64,000 nucleotides of DNA from a virus. Where the stretch lies: the IMG/VR virus record IMGVR_UViG_3300047548_000777, positions 1 to 64,000 of that record; one strand, written 5' to 3'. Positions 1 to 8,669 of this stretch are shown piece by piece (the first letter of the stretch is position 1; every line of letters starts with the position of its first letter). Under the pieces are notes generated by a model. That model saw only the letters and a program-made list of their open reading frames with translations, was not told the origin of the DNA and did no database searches. The position numbers were made by a program, and so were the translations under genes.

Positions 1-320
1 CCGCTACGAATCACCCAATCAATATAGTGATCAGGATACAACGGATTAACATTGCTAACATAACTTCCGAATTTAACAAATGCGTTATAATACGGACTTT
101 TTGCAAACTCGTCATATGTTTTATCGCCTTTGGCGTTTTGACTTAGTTTAAAGAACCGGTTGAAGGCATCGTAACCAATACGTACTGCCTTCTCGTCTTT
201 TTGCAAGTGCCTACGCTTTTGTTCGCAGACATGTGTCACTAGCGTGCTTTCTTTGGTATATCCATGTCTGCAGTATTGACAAATATAAGGTTTTTTCGTA
301 TTCACTTTTAAGTTCAACAT
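1..320 (-). CDS. Partial hypothetical protein with N-terminal Zn-finger-like motif; runs off the window edge
   Basis: My translation from ATG at 320 (TAATG overlap with the upstream stop): MLNLKVNTKKPYICQYCRHGYTKESTLVTHVCEQKRR..., open to base 1. Not in the ORF track. Confidence 0.75.
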   Translation of the reverse strand, partial: MLNLKVNTKKPYICQYCRHGYTKESTLVTHVCEQKRRHLQKDEKAVRIGYDAFNRFFKLSQNAKGDKTYDEFAKSPYYNAFVKFGSYVSNVNPLYPDHYIDWVIRS

Positions 321-796
321 TAAAATAGGTCTTTAATTTCTTTGTCACTATACCCTAAATCTTTTGCTAGTTCTTTGAACTCTTTGAGCGTCATCAGTTC
401 CGCCAACAGTTCAAGTTCGTCTTGTTTACGATTAGGGTATACCTGCAATAAGAAGTTTAAACCTTTTTTGTTACTAGAATTCTTTTTCTTTAATCCAATC
501 CACTCATGAAAGAATATTTTTTGATTATTGTAGCTACACATGCATAGCAGTTGCCAAAGTAGCTTAGGATGCTTTTGTAACGTATTCCAGTGTTTATTAA
601 AATACTCGTTTACAGTTAAAACAAAATGTTCTTGTATATCACGTGGCTGTCCCTTTACGTTACTAATATAACGGTTAAGGATGAACAGTTCGCTTTTAAG
701 CGCCTTTTGATTTGTTTCATCAAGCTCATCCCATAGCGATCTTGCGCCAAGGTCAACTGCTACTAGTTTTTCTTTTAGTTCTACTTTAAATGTCAT
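320..796 (-). CDS. Probable clamp-loader small subunit (T4 gp62-like)
   Basis: 158 aa; LNRYIS...VNEYFNKHW...HPKLLWQLLC...HEWI pattern recalled for gp62-like proteins; replication context. Confidence 0.5.
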   Translation of the reverse strand: MTFKVELKEKLVAVDLGARSLWDELDETNQKALKSELFILNRYISNVKGQPRDIQEHFVLTVNEYFNKHWNTLQKHPKLLWQLLCMCSYNNQKIFFHEWIGLKKKNSSNKKGLNFLLQVYPNRKQDELELLAELMTLKEFKELAKDLGYSDKEIKDLF

Positions 797-1098
797 TGAT
801 CTTCCATTGGCAAAGTACCGTTACTGCATTTGCATTCGGCATTGGTAATTTCTTGAAGCATACGTTTTTCTTGTACCGTTAGTTTATCTTTATCAGTTCT
901 ACGTGGATTTCCACAAAGCATGCACCCTGGACGACCGCAATCCATTGCATGACGTTTTGCCAGTCGATGCGGTTGTTGAATAACTCGGTCATAACTGGTG
1001 TAACTACGTGATTTAGCAATTTTAACTTGCCGACACACTGCAGATTCCGATTTCAAAATACGTTTACTATGATTAAATTTATCAATGTCGTTGCTCAT
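793..1098 (-). CDS. Hypothetical basic protein with CxxxxCxxC motif
   Basis: 101 aa; DCGRPGCMLCGNPRR; ATGA overlaps with both neighbours. Confidence 0.7.
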   Translation of the reverse strand: MSNDIDKFNHSKRILKSESAVCRQVKIAKSRSYTSYDRVIQQPHRLAKRHAMDCGRPGCMLCGNPRRTDKDKLTVQEKRMLQEITNAECKCSNGTLPMEDQ

Positions 1099-1343
1099 TT
1101 TGGATCATCCTTACTTAATCTATATATCATTATAGCACGGTTTAACGCATTCTGTAAAGTTACATTTTGTTCGGATTCTATCAGAACATCATTCCAGAGA
1201 TTAAAATATCGATCAGTTAATGTTTTAAATGCGTCAGTATCGAAGCCTATCATTTTACGATCCGGTTTTCCAAACTCTCTGGCATACACTCTACCGTTAG
1301 CCCGTTCATAAACATAAACTTTGGGTTTATTTGGTGTAGTCAT
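1095..1343 (-). CDS. Hypothetical protein
   Basis: 82 aa; translationally coupled (ATGA) in the operon. Confidence 0.7.
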   Translation of the reverse strand: MTTPNKPKVYVYERANGRVYAREFGKPDRKMIGFDTDAFKTLTDRYFNLWNDVLIESEQNVTLQNALNRAIMIYRLSKDDPK

Positions 1344-1531
1344 TCTAAAGTTCCCTTTATTTTTTCAATTAGAAAATACTTTTTTTCCAACCAGGTGTAC
1401 TCGTATACAGGAGTCCCTGGACCGGTGTACATTTTAATTCCCAGATACGCTCTTTTAAACCATATTAACTTTCCAGAAGTACTACACCGATGTGGTAGCC
1501 ACGCAAATGTATAACTCCAGGATGCAGGCAT
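1340..1531 (-). CDS. Hypothetical protein
   Basis: 63 aa; TAATG and ATGA overlaps with neighbours. Confidence 0.65.
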   Translation of the reverse strand: MPASWSYTFAWLPHRCSTSGKLIWFKRAYLGIKMYTGPGTPVYEYTWLEKKYFLIEKIKGTLE

Positions 1532-2037
1532 TATAGTAACTTGTCTAATTGAATGATTTCGTGCTGTCTGCTAATGTCTTTAACAAAATAGCAGCAGTTT
1601 GGTTTGGCCCCAATTTGTGTAGGAACAGCTAATAGATGGCCCGCTTTCATTTTAGGGAAATACCATTTTACATCGTTGTAGAAATTAATAATTTCAATCG
1701 GTCGAAAATCTAATTTAAAGCTGCTCATTGGGTTAAAGCATAATGCATTGAATCCCCTATCGTTTAGACTAGTTAATGGAAGAATTTCGATGTCGCAATT
1801 GCTTTGATTATCGCCAACTGCAATGGACCAATCCAGTGGCATTGTAACTTCATCATTGCCTATTTTAAGTACCATTGCTGGTGCATTAAAACTTTCTAAG
1901 AAAATCAGAGGCATGTAAAAGAAGTCAGGTTCTGCAGGATTACTATTGTCTAGTACTGCGAATCTCATATTATCGTCTACTTCTTCGGGTAAATTGTTTA
2001 AATCAAAGGAGAAATTGTCAATGTTTAATATTTGCAT
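1531..2037 (-). CDS. Hypothetical protein, beta-rich
   Basis: 168 aa; first gene after a sigma70-like promoter. Confidence 0.75.
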   Translation of the reverse strand: MQILNIDNFSFDLNNLPEEVDDNMRFAVLDNSNPAEPDFFYMPLIFLESFNAPAMVLKIGNDEVTMPLDWSIAVGDNQSNCDIEILPLTSLNDRGFNALCFNPMSSFKLDFRPIEIINFYNDVKWYFPKMKAGHLLAVPTQIGAKPNCCYFVKDISRQHEIIQLDKLL

Positions 2038-2059
2038 AATTGTTATTAAAGATGCCGTA

Positions 2060-2088
2060 ATAATACAACATCTTTAAGAGATTGTCAA
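2060..2088 (-). promoter_or_regulatory. Sigma70-type promoter
   Basis: TTGACA (2088-2083), 17-nt spacer, TATTAT (2065-2060). Confidence 0.75.
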
Positions 2089-2093
2089 TCAAG

Positions 2094-3551
2094 TTACCAT
2101 TTTATCTTTTCTAGGGTGTAGTCGTATTTTGCATCTTTGTAGAACTTCTTACGTTCGGTTAAATGCTTTTTAGCATACTTGCAGGTCGATGTAATATCCC
2201 AAATGTCTACTTTGTCTTTGTCCTCTGCTTTTCGTATTCCTCGACCAATTGATTGTATGACTCTAACAAATGATTTACCTGGTTCCAGTAGCACCAGATT
2301 AAAAATGCGGGGTATGTTGATACCCACAGCGGCAACGCCATATGTGGCAATGATGATTTTGTTGTTTGCTGTTTTGATTTCATCGTATTCCTCTTTTCTG
2401 TCTTTAGTTTTAACTTCTCCTGATATAAAGACACTATCAGGTAATTCATTTACAAAGAACTTGCCCGTATCAATACGATTAACCAATACCAAGGTATTTC
2501 CTGTCTGGCTAATACTTTTTACTAAATCACTGATATATCTCATTCGATTTTCGTCAGTCACAAGATACTTACTTTCATCAGCATACGATTTAAATTCGGG
2601 TAAGTCAACCAGCTGCAAGATATTAACATGGCAGCTTGCTAGGACTCCTTTTTCCTGCAATTCATGTGCAGCCACTTTACCTACTACTGGGCCAATACTT
2701 GCAAAAATAGCCTCGTACTCAGCAGGGTCCTTGGGAACAGTCCCAGTTAACCCCCAGCGTATACATGAGTTATTCAAGTTTTGAGTCAATAGATTTCGTA
2801 GCACATCAGCCTTTGCCATATGTACTTCATCTACCATAACGCATGCAACACCATCTAGAAATTCTGCAAGTGTGAGAATGTCCTGTTCTTGATTTTTAGA
2901 TTTTTTATCAAGGATATTCAAACTTTGCCAGGTAGCAATAGTATGAGTTTTATTTAAATCCTTACGGTCACCATAATAAACACCTACATCAAGCCCGCAA
3001 TTAATAAAGTCTTCTTCAGTTTGTTCAACCAGACTTTTGTTAGGAACAATGGTGATGGTGCGTCCATAAGGTTCGCACAGTTTTGCTAACGTAGCCGTAG
3101 TAATGGTTTTACCAAAGCCCGTGGCAATCTCTTGTAAACACTGTGGATTTTCTAAGAACCGATTTACGACTTCAACCTGGTCGTCTCGCAAACGTATTGG
3201 TTGTCCGGCAAATCGATGCCCAGCTGGCCAGCAACTATCGCCCCAGAAGTCTTCAGTAATTTTTGGAAAGTTAATACTCACAGGATTTCGAAGATCCTCG
3301 ATCTCTGCAACATCAATTCCGTTATTTTCAAGTATTTCAAGAATTCGAGGAAGCTGACTAAGATAGCCGTTACCTCCAAGACCAAAGAGGCTTACTGTGC
3401 CATCCCATCTGCCCAATCGGTAGGCGGGATGGTATTTTGCGTAGCCAACCTCATACTTAAACTCGTTGGCCAATTTTCGACGGATTTCTACTGGGAGACC
3501 ATCAATCTTAATATTTACTTCGTCTCGAATAATAAGTTTACAGGAGTGCAT
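2094..3551 (-). CDS. uvsW: UvsW-like SF2 DNA helicase
   Basis: Walker A ATGFGKT, DEVH, GLTGT, QSIGRGIR; N-terminal WDG motif; next to uvsY and uvsX. Confidence 0.9.
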   Translation of the reverse strand: MHSCKLIIRDEVNIKIDGLPVEIRRKLANEFKYEVGYAKYHPAYRLGRWDGTVSLFGLGGNGYLSQLPRILEILENNGIDVAEIEDLRNPVSINFPKITEDFWGDSCWPAGHRFAGQPIRLRDDQVEVVNRFLENPQCLQEIATGFGKTITTATLAKLCEPYGRTITIVPNKSLVEQTEEDFINCGLDVGVYYGDRKDLNKTHTIATWQSLNILDKKSKNQEQDILTLAEFLDGVACVMVDEVHMAKADVLRNLLTQNLNNSCIRWGLTGTVPKDPAEYEAIFASIGPVVGKVAAHELQEKGVLASCHVNILQLVDLPEFKSYADESKYLVTDENRMRYISDLVKSISQTGNTLVLVNRIDTGKFFVNELPDSVFISGEVKTKDRKEEYDEIKTANNKIIIATYGVAAVGINIPRIFNLVLLEPGKSFVRVIQSIGRGIRKAEDKDKVDIWDITSTCKYAKKHLTERKKFYKDAKYDYTLEKIKW

Positions 3552-4710
3552 GAACTTCTTTGTCTAAAGGTTGTGTGTTTGTGTGATATACTACAAGATC
3601 AACATCGCTGCAATATACCGATGATTTATTGGATCGAAAACTATTGGTAAAGCTAATTACAGTTTTCGGTTTCCAATGATTCTTTATCATAAATTTTGGT
3701 AATTTATTATTGGATATGCCGGCAATAATAGTGCTGTCTCCTAAGTTTTTGTTATACCCACGTTCAGCAATTGCATGGTTAAAATTTTGAATATCCGACG
3801 ATTTATCATGCCTAAAGTATATCCCAACATCACCGGTTAATCCGCATGTTTTTATAGCGGCTTCTATCATCAACAGGACATTGGTATCTTTTTCAGGGCT
3901 GTGTCCTTCAAAAATTATTAGAGCCGGGAACCTATTAAGTTGGTGTAATGATTTGGCCAGGTCTTCAAATGAGACATGCTGTGGATTCACGTACACTTTT
4001 CTACTAGTTCGATATGCCAACTTTGAAGTCAAGGAATCATCGACAGATGACTTAGAAACGTCGTACTGATACCGAATTTTTCGATCATGTAGCAGTAATA
4101 GATTATTGTCATCAATCTCGCCCACGTCTTCCATAACTACAGTTTTTAGTTTTTGAGAACTAGTGGTAAAAATTTCAAAAGGTGTGGTTACCGTCTTTCT
4201 AATCTCTTCAATCTCTTGATAAAGAGTTAGAATTTTTTCGTCTATTTCAAAATCATCTTTCAAAAACGTACTAACAATTACCCTAACGTTATTTTCGTTA
4301 AGATAAATCACATACTTTGATCCTTTAGTTGTAAGCACACCCTCCAGGTTTGGAGAAACCTTTCCGAGTTTCTCCCTGAGCCGAGTATTAAAATTAAATT
4401 CTAATACAAAATGATTCAAAATATCCGGATCGATAGTAATTTTTCTCACTTTTTGAATCTCTCTAAAGTTTTTAGACCACATACTTGTGGCTAATGTATC
4501 GTCAATGTCCTGAAATAAACTACGGACCGCACTTAGGTTCTCTTTTAGAATTTTCACTAAAAGATTTGCCTGGTTCTCCGTCAGGAATACTCCGGATGAT
4601 ACCTGCTTTGCCAAACTTAACAGAATTCGTTTGTCTTTTTTTGGAATAAGACTTTGAATTACTGCAATATGCTGGCTAAGGTGCGGTAATATACTGTCAA
4701 TTGTGTGCAT
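3538..4710 (-). CDS. Hypothetical protein
   Basis: 390-aa ORF overlapping the helicase start; no motif recognised. Confidence 0.8.
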   Translation of the reverse strand: MHTIDSILPHLSQHIAVIQSLIPKKDKRILLSLAKQVSSGVFLTENQANLLVKILKENLSAVRSLFQDIDDTLATSMWSKNFREIQKVRKITIDPDILNHFVLEFNFNTRLREKLGKVSPNLEGVLTTKGSKYVIYLNENNVRVIVSTFLKDDFEIDEKILTLYQEIEEIRKTVTTPFEIFTTSSQKLKTVVMEDVGEIDDNNLLLLHDRKIRYQYDVSKSSVDDSLTSKLAYRTSRKVYVNPQHVSFEDLAKSLHQLNRFPALIIFEGHSPEKDTNVLLMIEAAIKTCGLTGDVGIYFRHDKSSDIQNFNHAIAERGYNKNLGDSTIIAGISNNKLPKFMIKNHWKPKTVISFTNSFRSNKSSVYCSDVDLVVYHTNTQPLDKEVHALL

Positions 4711-4719
4711 ACTAATATT

Positions 4720-5460
4720 TTACAGTCTTTCAATGTCTTCTTCAATACATATTTCACCATATTGCACTTCAAGTATATGGCAGGGTTCGGTAGTTTCATT
4801 TATTGCTTGATGCCAAACATTTTTTTCTATGATGTAGCTATGATTTGGCAATGCAACATAGTCTTTAGTTCCTGTAATTAGTTTACAGCTACCTTTTAAT
4901 ACATACCAATGCTCGTTACGTTTTGAATGTCGTTGCATACTCAATGCGCATCCGGGCATTATGATAAGTTCTTTAATTTTATAAGTTATCTTATCTTCTA
5001 AAACTCTATACCAACCCCAAGGACGTAGAGTCTTTGGAGACTTCCATTCCTCCAGTAACCAGCTGCTAGAATTCTTTTTATCTTCCCCGCCGACACCGAA
5101 AACAAACTCAACGTTAGGATCGTCAATATTCATTTCTGGAATGTTATCTTCTGTTCTATCGCCACCATTTGCAAAAATAATATGAGCATTAGGATAGCGC
5201 ATGCGGGTTAGTCTAATAGCATCACAGCTTGAGTTGTCATCATCATTATAGATAATGACTTCATCAACCACCCCCAGTGCACTTACTACAGAAAACCTCT
5301 CTCCTAATGGCATAAAAGGTCGACCTTTTTTCCTAGTCAGCCATTCGTCACTGTTTATTCCTACTACTAATGCATCGCCTAATTTTTTTGCAGCATTTAA
5401 GTAAGCGATATGCCCACTGTGCAAGGGGTCAAACCCCCCGGTGCATAAAACTATTTTCAT
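4720..5460 (-). CDS. Cytidylyltransferase-family nucleotidyltransferase fused to a mannose-6-P-isomerase-like cupin
   Basis: TGGFDPLHSGH (HxGH), VVGINSD, FANGGDR; C-terminal RPWGWY...LSMQRHSKRNEHW...WH...ILEVQYG. Confidence 0.85.
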   Translation of the reverse strand: MKIVLCTGGFDPLHSGHIAYLNAAKKLGDALVVGINSDEWLTRKKGRPFMPLGERFSVVSALGVVDEVIIYNDDDNSSCDAIRLTRMRYPNAHIIFANGGDRTEDNIPEMNIDDPNVEFVFGVGGEDKKNSSSWLLEEWKSPKTLRPWGWYRVLEDKITYKIKELIIMPGCALSMQRHSKRNEHWYVLKGSCKLITGTKDYVALPNHSYIIEKNVWHQAINETTEPCHILEVQYGEICIEEDIERL

Positions 5461-5912
5461 AGTGATGCATCTTCCATACCAGATACACGAAGCTTGATTA
5501 TGTTAGATAGCTGCCATTGTTTAATATCAAGTGCTTTAGTAATACCAAGCCATTTGTTACGCAGTAGGGCGAATTCATTGATGATTTTTTCCATATCAAT
5601 TACATCCGATTCGCCATCAACGTATTTTTCAACGTCCCTGGATGTTAACGCTCTCTGATATGTTTCTAAGTATTTTCGAAATAATGAACTACGAAGACGG
5701 CGCAGTTCAATATTTAAATATTCTAGTATTGCTTCAATTTCTTGAAGTTGTGCAAACCTAGTCTCTACGATACCAGGCATACTTGCTGACGCTTTTTCGA
5801 TATTTCCTGCAATACGACTGTCTTTGCGAGCTTCTACAAGCTCGCTTTCAAAGTACGCAATTGCATCTGGAATATAAGAAATATCCTTAGATACCTTTGT
5901 GTACCAACTCAT
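5457..5912 (-). CDS. uvsY: UvsY-like recombination mediator
   Basis: 151-aa helical protein, DVEKYVDGESDVI...KQWQLSNIIKLR; lies between UvsX and UvsW. Confidence 0.75.
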   Translation of the reverse strand: MSWYTKVSKDISYIPDAIAYFESELVEARKDSRIAGNIEKASASMPGIVETRFAQLQEIEAILEYLNIELRRLRSSLFRKYLETYQRALTSRDVEKYVDGESDVIDMEKIINEFALLRNKWLGITKALDIKQWQLSNIIKLRVSGMEDASL

Positions 5913-6166
5913 TATTCTTCCTCGTCGTAATCCCAGTTGGATTCGTCTTCGTCGATGTCAAGCTCGTCGTCAGCATCTTGACCGAGGTAATACTCAATAG
6001 CCTCATCTAATGCATCATCGTGCCCAATTGCATCCTTAAGTGTTCTATCACTAACACCGTGATCAGCTAGTAGATCAACATAACGCTCTGCCAGACCTTC
6101 GATAGCCTTTTTGTCCGTGTACTCTTTTATAAGAAGCCAAATATCGGCGATTTGATTTTCATTCAT
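5912..6166 (-). CDS. Small acidic hypothetical protein
   Basis: 84 aa, D/E-rich tail; coupled to both neighbours. Confidence 0.75.
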   Translation of the reverse strand: MNENQIADIWLLIKEYTDKKAIEGLAERYVDLLADHGVSDRTLKDAIGHDDALDEAIEYYLGQDADDELDIDEDESNWDYDEEE

Positions 6167-7221
6167 TCTACAATTTCTCCAGTTTCAGGGTCAATGCTAG
6201 ATTGTACTACAACTGAGTCATCAAACTCAAGCATAATTTTATCCAACCCACCTTCTTCGTTACGTTCCCATTCTTTCCTGTACATTTTCAATTCCACACC
6301 ATCTTTTGAAACATATTTGAGACGGTTGCCATCTTTGGCTAGCAATCCCTTAGCTTCAAACAAATCAACCAAACCACTATAAGGGCTCATGCCTGTAGCA
6401 TATGGGATTTCTACCTGGACACTTTCAAAAGGTTTTGCATAACGTGTTTTCATGATCTTACAAGCAGCACGAATACCGTTAACAGTTGAAGTTTTGTTTC
6501 CATCTGCATCGGTCTTAAGTTTAAGCTTGCGCATAGCAATAACAATAGAGCTTGCGTAAATAAAACCCTGACCACCACTAATCTTATCGTCTGGATCAAA
6601 CATGTCTTGGCTTGCATAGGTATGGTTAGTACAAACTAGTCCAACGTTATAGCTACCAAACATGTTGACACAGTTTCGAACAAGTGCTGTTAGTGCCTTA
6701 GGTTTACGACCCATGTCACCTTTAAGGTCACCTGCTTCAAACTGATTCAGGTCCGTAGGAGTCAACAACATGCCCAGACTGTCAACAACAAACAGAACTT
6801 TAGGGCGTTCTTCCATGGCCTTATATTCTTTCATGAATTCAGAAATAGTCTTTGCTACATCATCGATCATGGCCATATTCAGTTTTAGAAGTTTGTCTGC
6901 GCCGGTATCAACACCTAGTGCATGCAGCCAACTTTCGTCAAGTGCGTTCTCGCTGTCAATTAGGATAACATAAATCCCTTGCTGTTGTGCATGACGTACA
7001 ATATTGCCGGAACAAATGTATGATTTGCCAGCACCTGACTCTCCTGCAAGGACGGTGACTTTACCTAGTGGAACACCTTTATTAAAGTCAGAGCTAATCA
7101 AATAATTTAGAGCATAATTGCCAGTAGAAATCCAATCAGTAGGATCATTAAAGCCGACACCAAGTCCGTCGATGCTTTTAGTTAGAGTTTTACGAAATTT
7201 TGTTAAATCAAAAGCCTTCAT
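6163..7221 (-). CDS. uvsX: UvsX/RecA-like recombinase
   Basis: GESGAGKS, IDSENA, VVDSLG, NHTY, SGGQG; start taken at MKAFDL (7221) to avoid overlap with the upstream gene. Confidence 0.93.
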   Translation of the reverse strand: MKAFDLTKFRKTLTKSIDGLGVGFNDPTDWISTGNYALNYLISSDFNKGVPLGKVTVLAGESGAGKSYICSGNIVRHAQQQGIYVILIDSENALDESWLHALGVDTGADKLLKLNMAMIDDVAKTISEFMKEYKAMEERPKVLFVVDSLGMLLTPTDLNQFEAGDLKGDMGRKPKALTALVRNCVNMFGSYNVGLVCTNHTYASQDMFDPDDKISGGQGFIYASSIVIAMRKLKLKTDADGNKTSTVNGIRAACKIMKTRYAKPFESVQVEIPYATGMSPYSGLVDLFEAKGLLAKDGNRLKYVSKDGVELKMYRKEWERNEEGGLDKIMLEFDDSVVVQSSIDPETGEIVE

Positions 7222-7222
7222 A

Positions 7223-7426
7223 TTATTCGTCCTTTTCAATCATAGTTGCTTCTTGAACTAAGGCAAGCAGCTGCTCAATAGTATTGCACAAGATCTTTGT
7301 GGTTTTATATTCTCCATCGGAATCTCGACCGGAAATTTCAAACATAAATCCATTGTCGTACATATAAACTGAGAAGCTCTCGTTTACCTTAGATAGCTTA
7401 TTAGAAATAGTTACAGTATTATTCAT
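7223..7426 (-). CDS. Hypothetical protein
   Basis: 67 aa, between ssb and uvsX. Confidence 0.7.
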   Translation of the reverse strand: MNNTVTISNKLSKVNESFSVYMYDNGFMFEISGRDSDGEYKTTKILCNTIEQLLALVQEATMIEKDE

Positions 7427-7482
7427 ATATCATGCCTTAAGATGCCAATGAGAGTGGCATGCTCTCATTGGCTTGACGTAGA

Positions 7483-8511
7483 TTACTGTTGCTTGCGACT
7501 ACGAATCATTGCAAGAATGTCTTCGGCACGCCCGCCAGTAGTAGCAGGCTTAGGTTCTGCAGCCGGAGCCGGACGAGTAACAGCCACCGGGGCGGAAGTA
7601 CGTTCGCTATCATCTTCCCACGGAGGGGTATCTTCTACAACTGGTGCAGCACGCGGTGCCGGAGCACTAACCGGAACAGAAGCAGGCTTATTAGCAACTG
7701 GATCACCAGTTGCGCTACCCATTCCTGCGGGTTTAAAATATTGACCCCAGCGTTCCATATCGTAAGGTTCACCGTCGACACTGGCTTCAAACATCTCTTT
7801 CATTACACGAAGTTCAACTTCAGTGGGCTTCTTGGGAAGGAAGTCTTTAAGGTTAAACAGTCCGTGTGATTTTAGAGCTTCTTGTTCTTGCTCGCTCAGA
7901 GGACGCTCTCGGCGTGCCCAAGAGCTAGTAGAATAATCAGCGTAACCGCCTTTAGTTCCTTTCTTCATACGGAAATCAACCCCATGAAGGATGTCGGTAG
8001 GCAGGTTGTCCATGTCAGGATCCAACAATGCGCCACGAATCAGTTGAAAGATTTGCGGGCCAATAATGAATCGACGAACGGGATTTTCAGGACGCTGTTC
8101 TTCCTTAAGGCCGTCTTCAACAACAAAGCCTTGGAAAATGTAGCTACGCTTCTTCCAGTACTTACGACCCATTTCTTCAAGACTCTTGTCCTTGAACCAG
8201 CCACGTACTTCGCTAAGGATAGGACAGACAGAACCGTCGTTGTACATCTCAACGCAAGGAACTTGTACTTGCACTTGCTTGTTGTCAGTTTCGCCTTTGA
8301 TGCCTGCAAAAGGCAGTTTAATCATTGCGCGTTCGACCCAGAAAAAAGTGTTATCAGGATCAGCATCTGGAAGGAATCGAAGAACGCTCTCGCTACCTTC
8401 TTTGAGGTTCCAGAATGCATAAATTGAATTGTCTCCAACTCGATTGCCTTCACCGGAAGACCGGGCCTCTTGTTCTTTGAGTTTTGCGCGAATTTCTTGT
8501 AGTGTTGCCAT
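7483..8511 (-). CDS. Single-stranded DNA-binding protein (T4 gp32-like)
   Basis: LRFLPD, CPIL, YWKKRSY, GYADYSTS, low-complexity tail; AAGGAG SD. Confidence 0.88.
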   Translation of the reverse strand: MATLQEIRAKLKEQEARSSGEGNRVGDNSIYAFWNLKEGSESVLRFLPDADPDNTFFWVERAMIKLPFAGIKGETDNKQVQVQVPCVEMYNDGSVCPILSEVRGWFKDKSLEEMGRKYWKKRSYIFQGFVVEDGLKEEQRPENPVRRFIIGPQIFQLIRGALLDPDMDNLPTDILHGVDFRMKKGTKGGYADYSTSSWARRERPLSEQEQEALKSHGLFNLKDFLPKKPTEVELRVMKEMFEASVDGEPYDMERWGQYFKPAGMGSATGDPVANKPASVPVSAPAPRAAPVVEDTPPWEDDSERTSAPVAVTRPAPAAEPKPATTGGRAEDILAMIRSRKQQ

Positions 8512-8603
8512 AGTTTTTCTCCTTTAAATTGCCTATGTTCAGTTTATGTTGTTTGCCTTATATGCTTTATATTACACGTATAAAGCAAAACAGCATACGT
8601 GTT

Positions 8604-8632
8604 ATTGTATGCTGTCTTATTTATAATTGCAA
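8604..8632 (-). promoter_or_regulatory. Nested sigma70-type and T4 late-type promoters for ssb-uvsX
   Basis: TTGCAA-17-TACAAT, with TATAAATA (8625-8618) inside the spacer. Confidence 0.65.
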
Positions 8633-8669
8633 CCCCCAAGGCTGCTTAAAATAATGTTTTTTTACCAAA

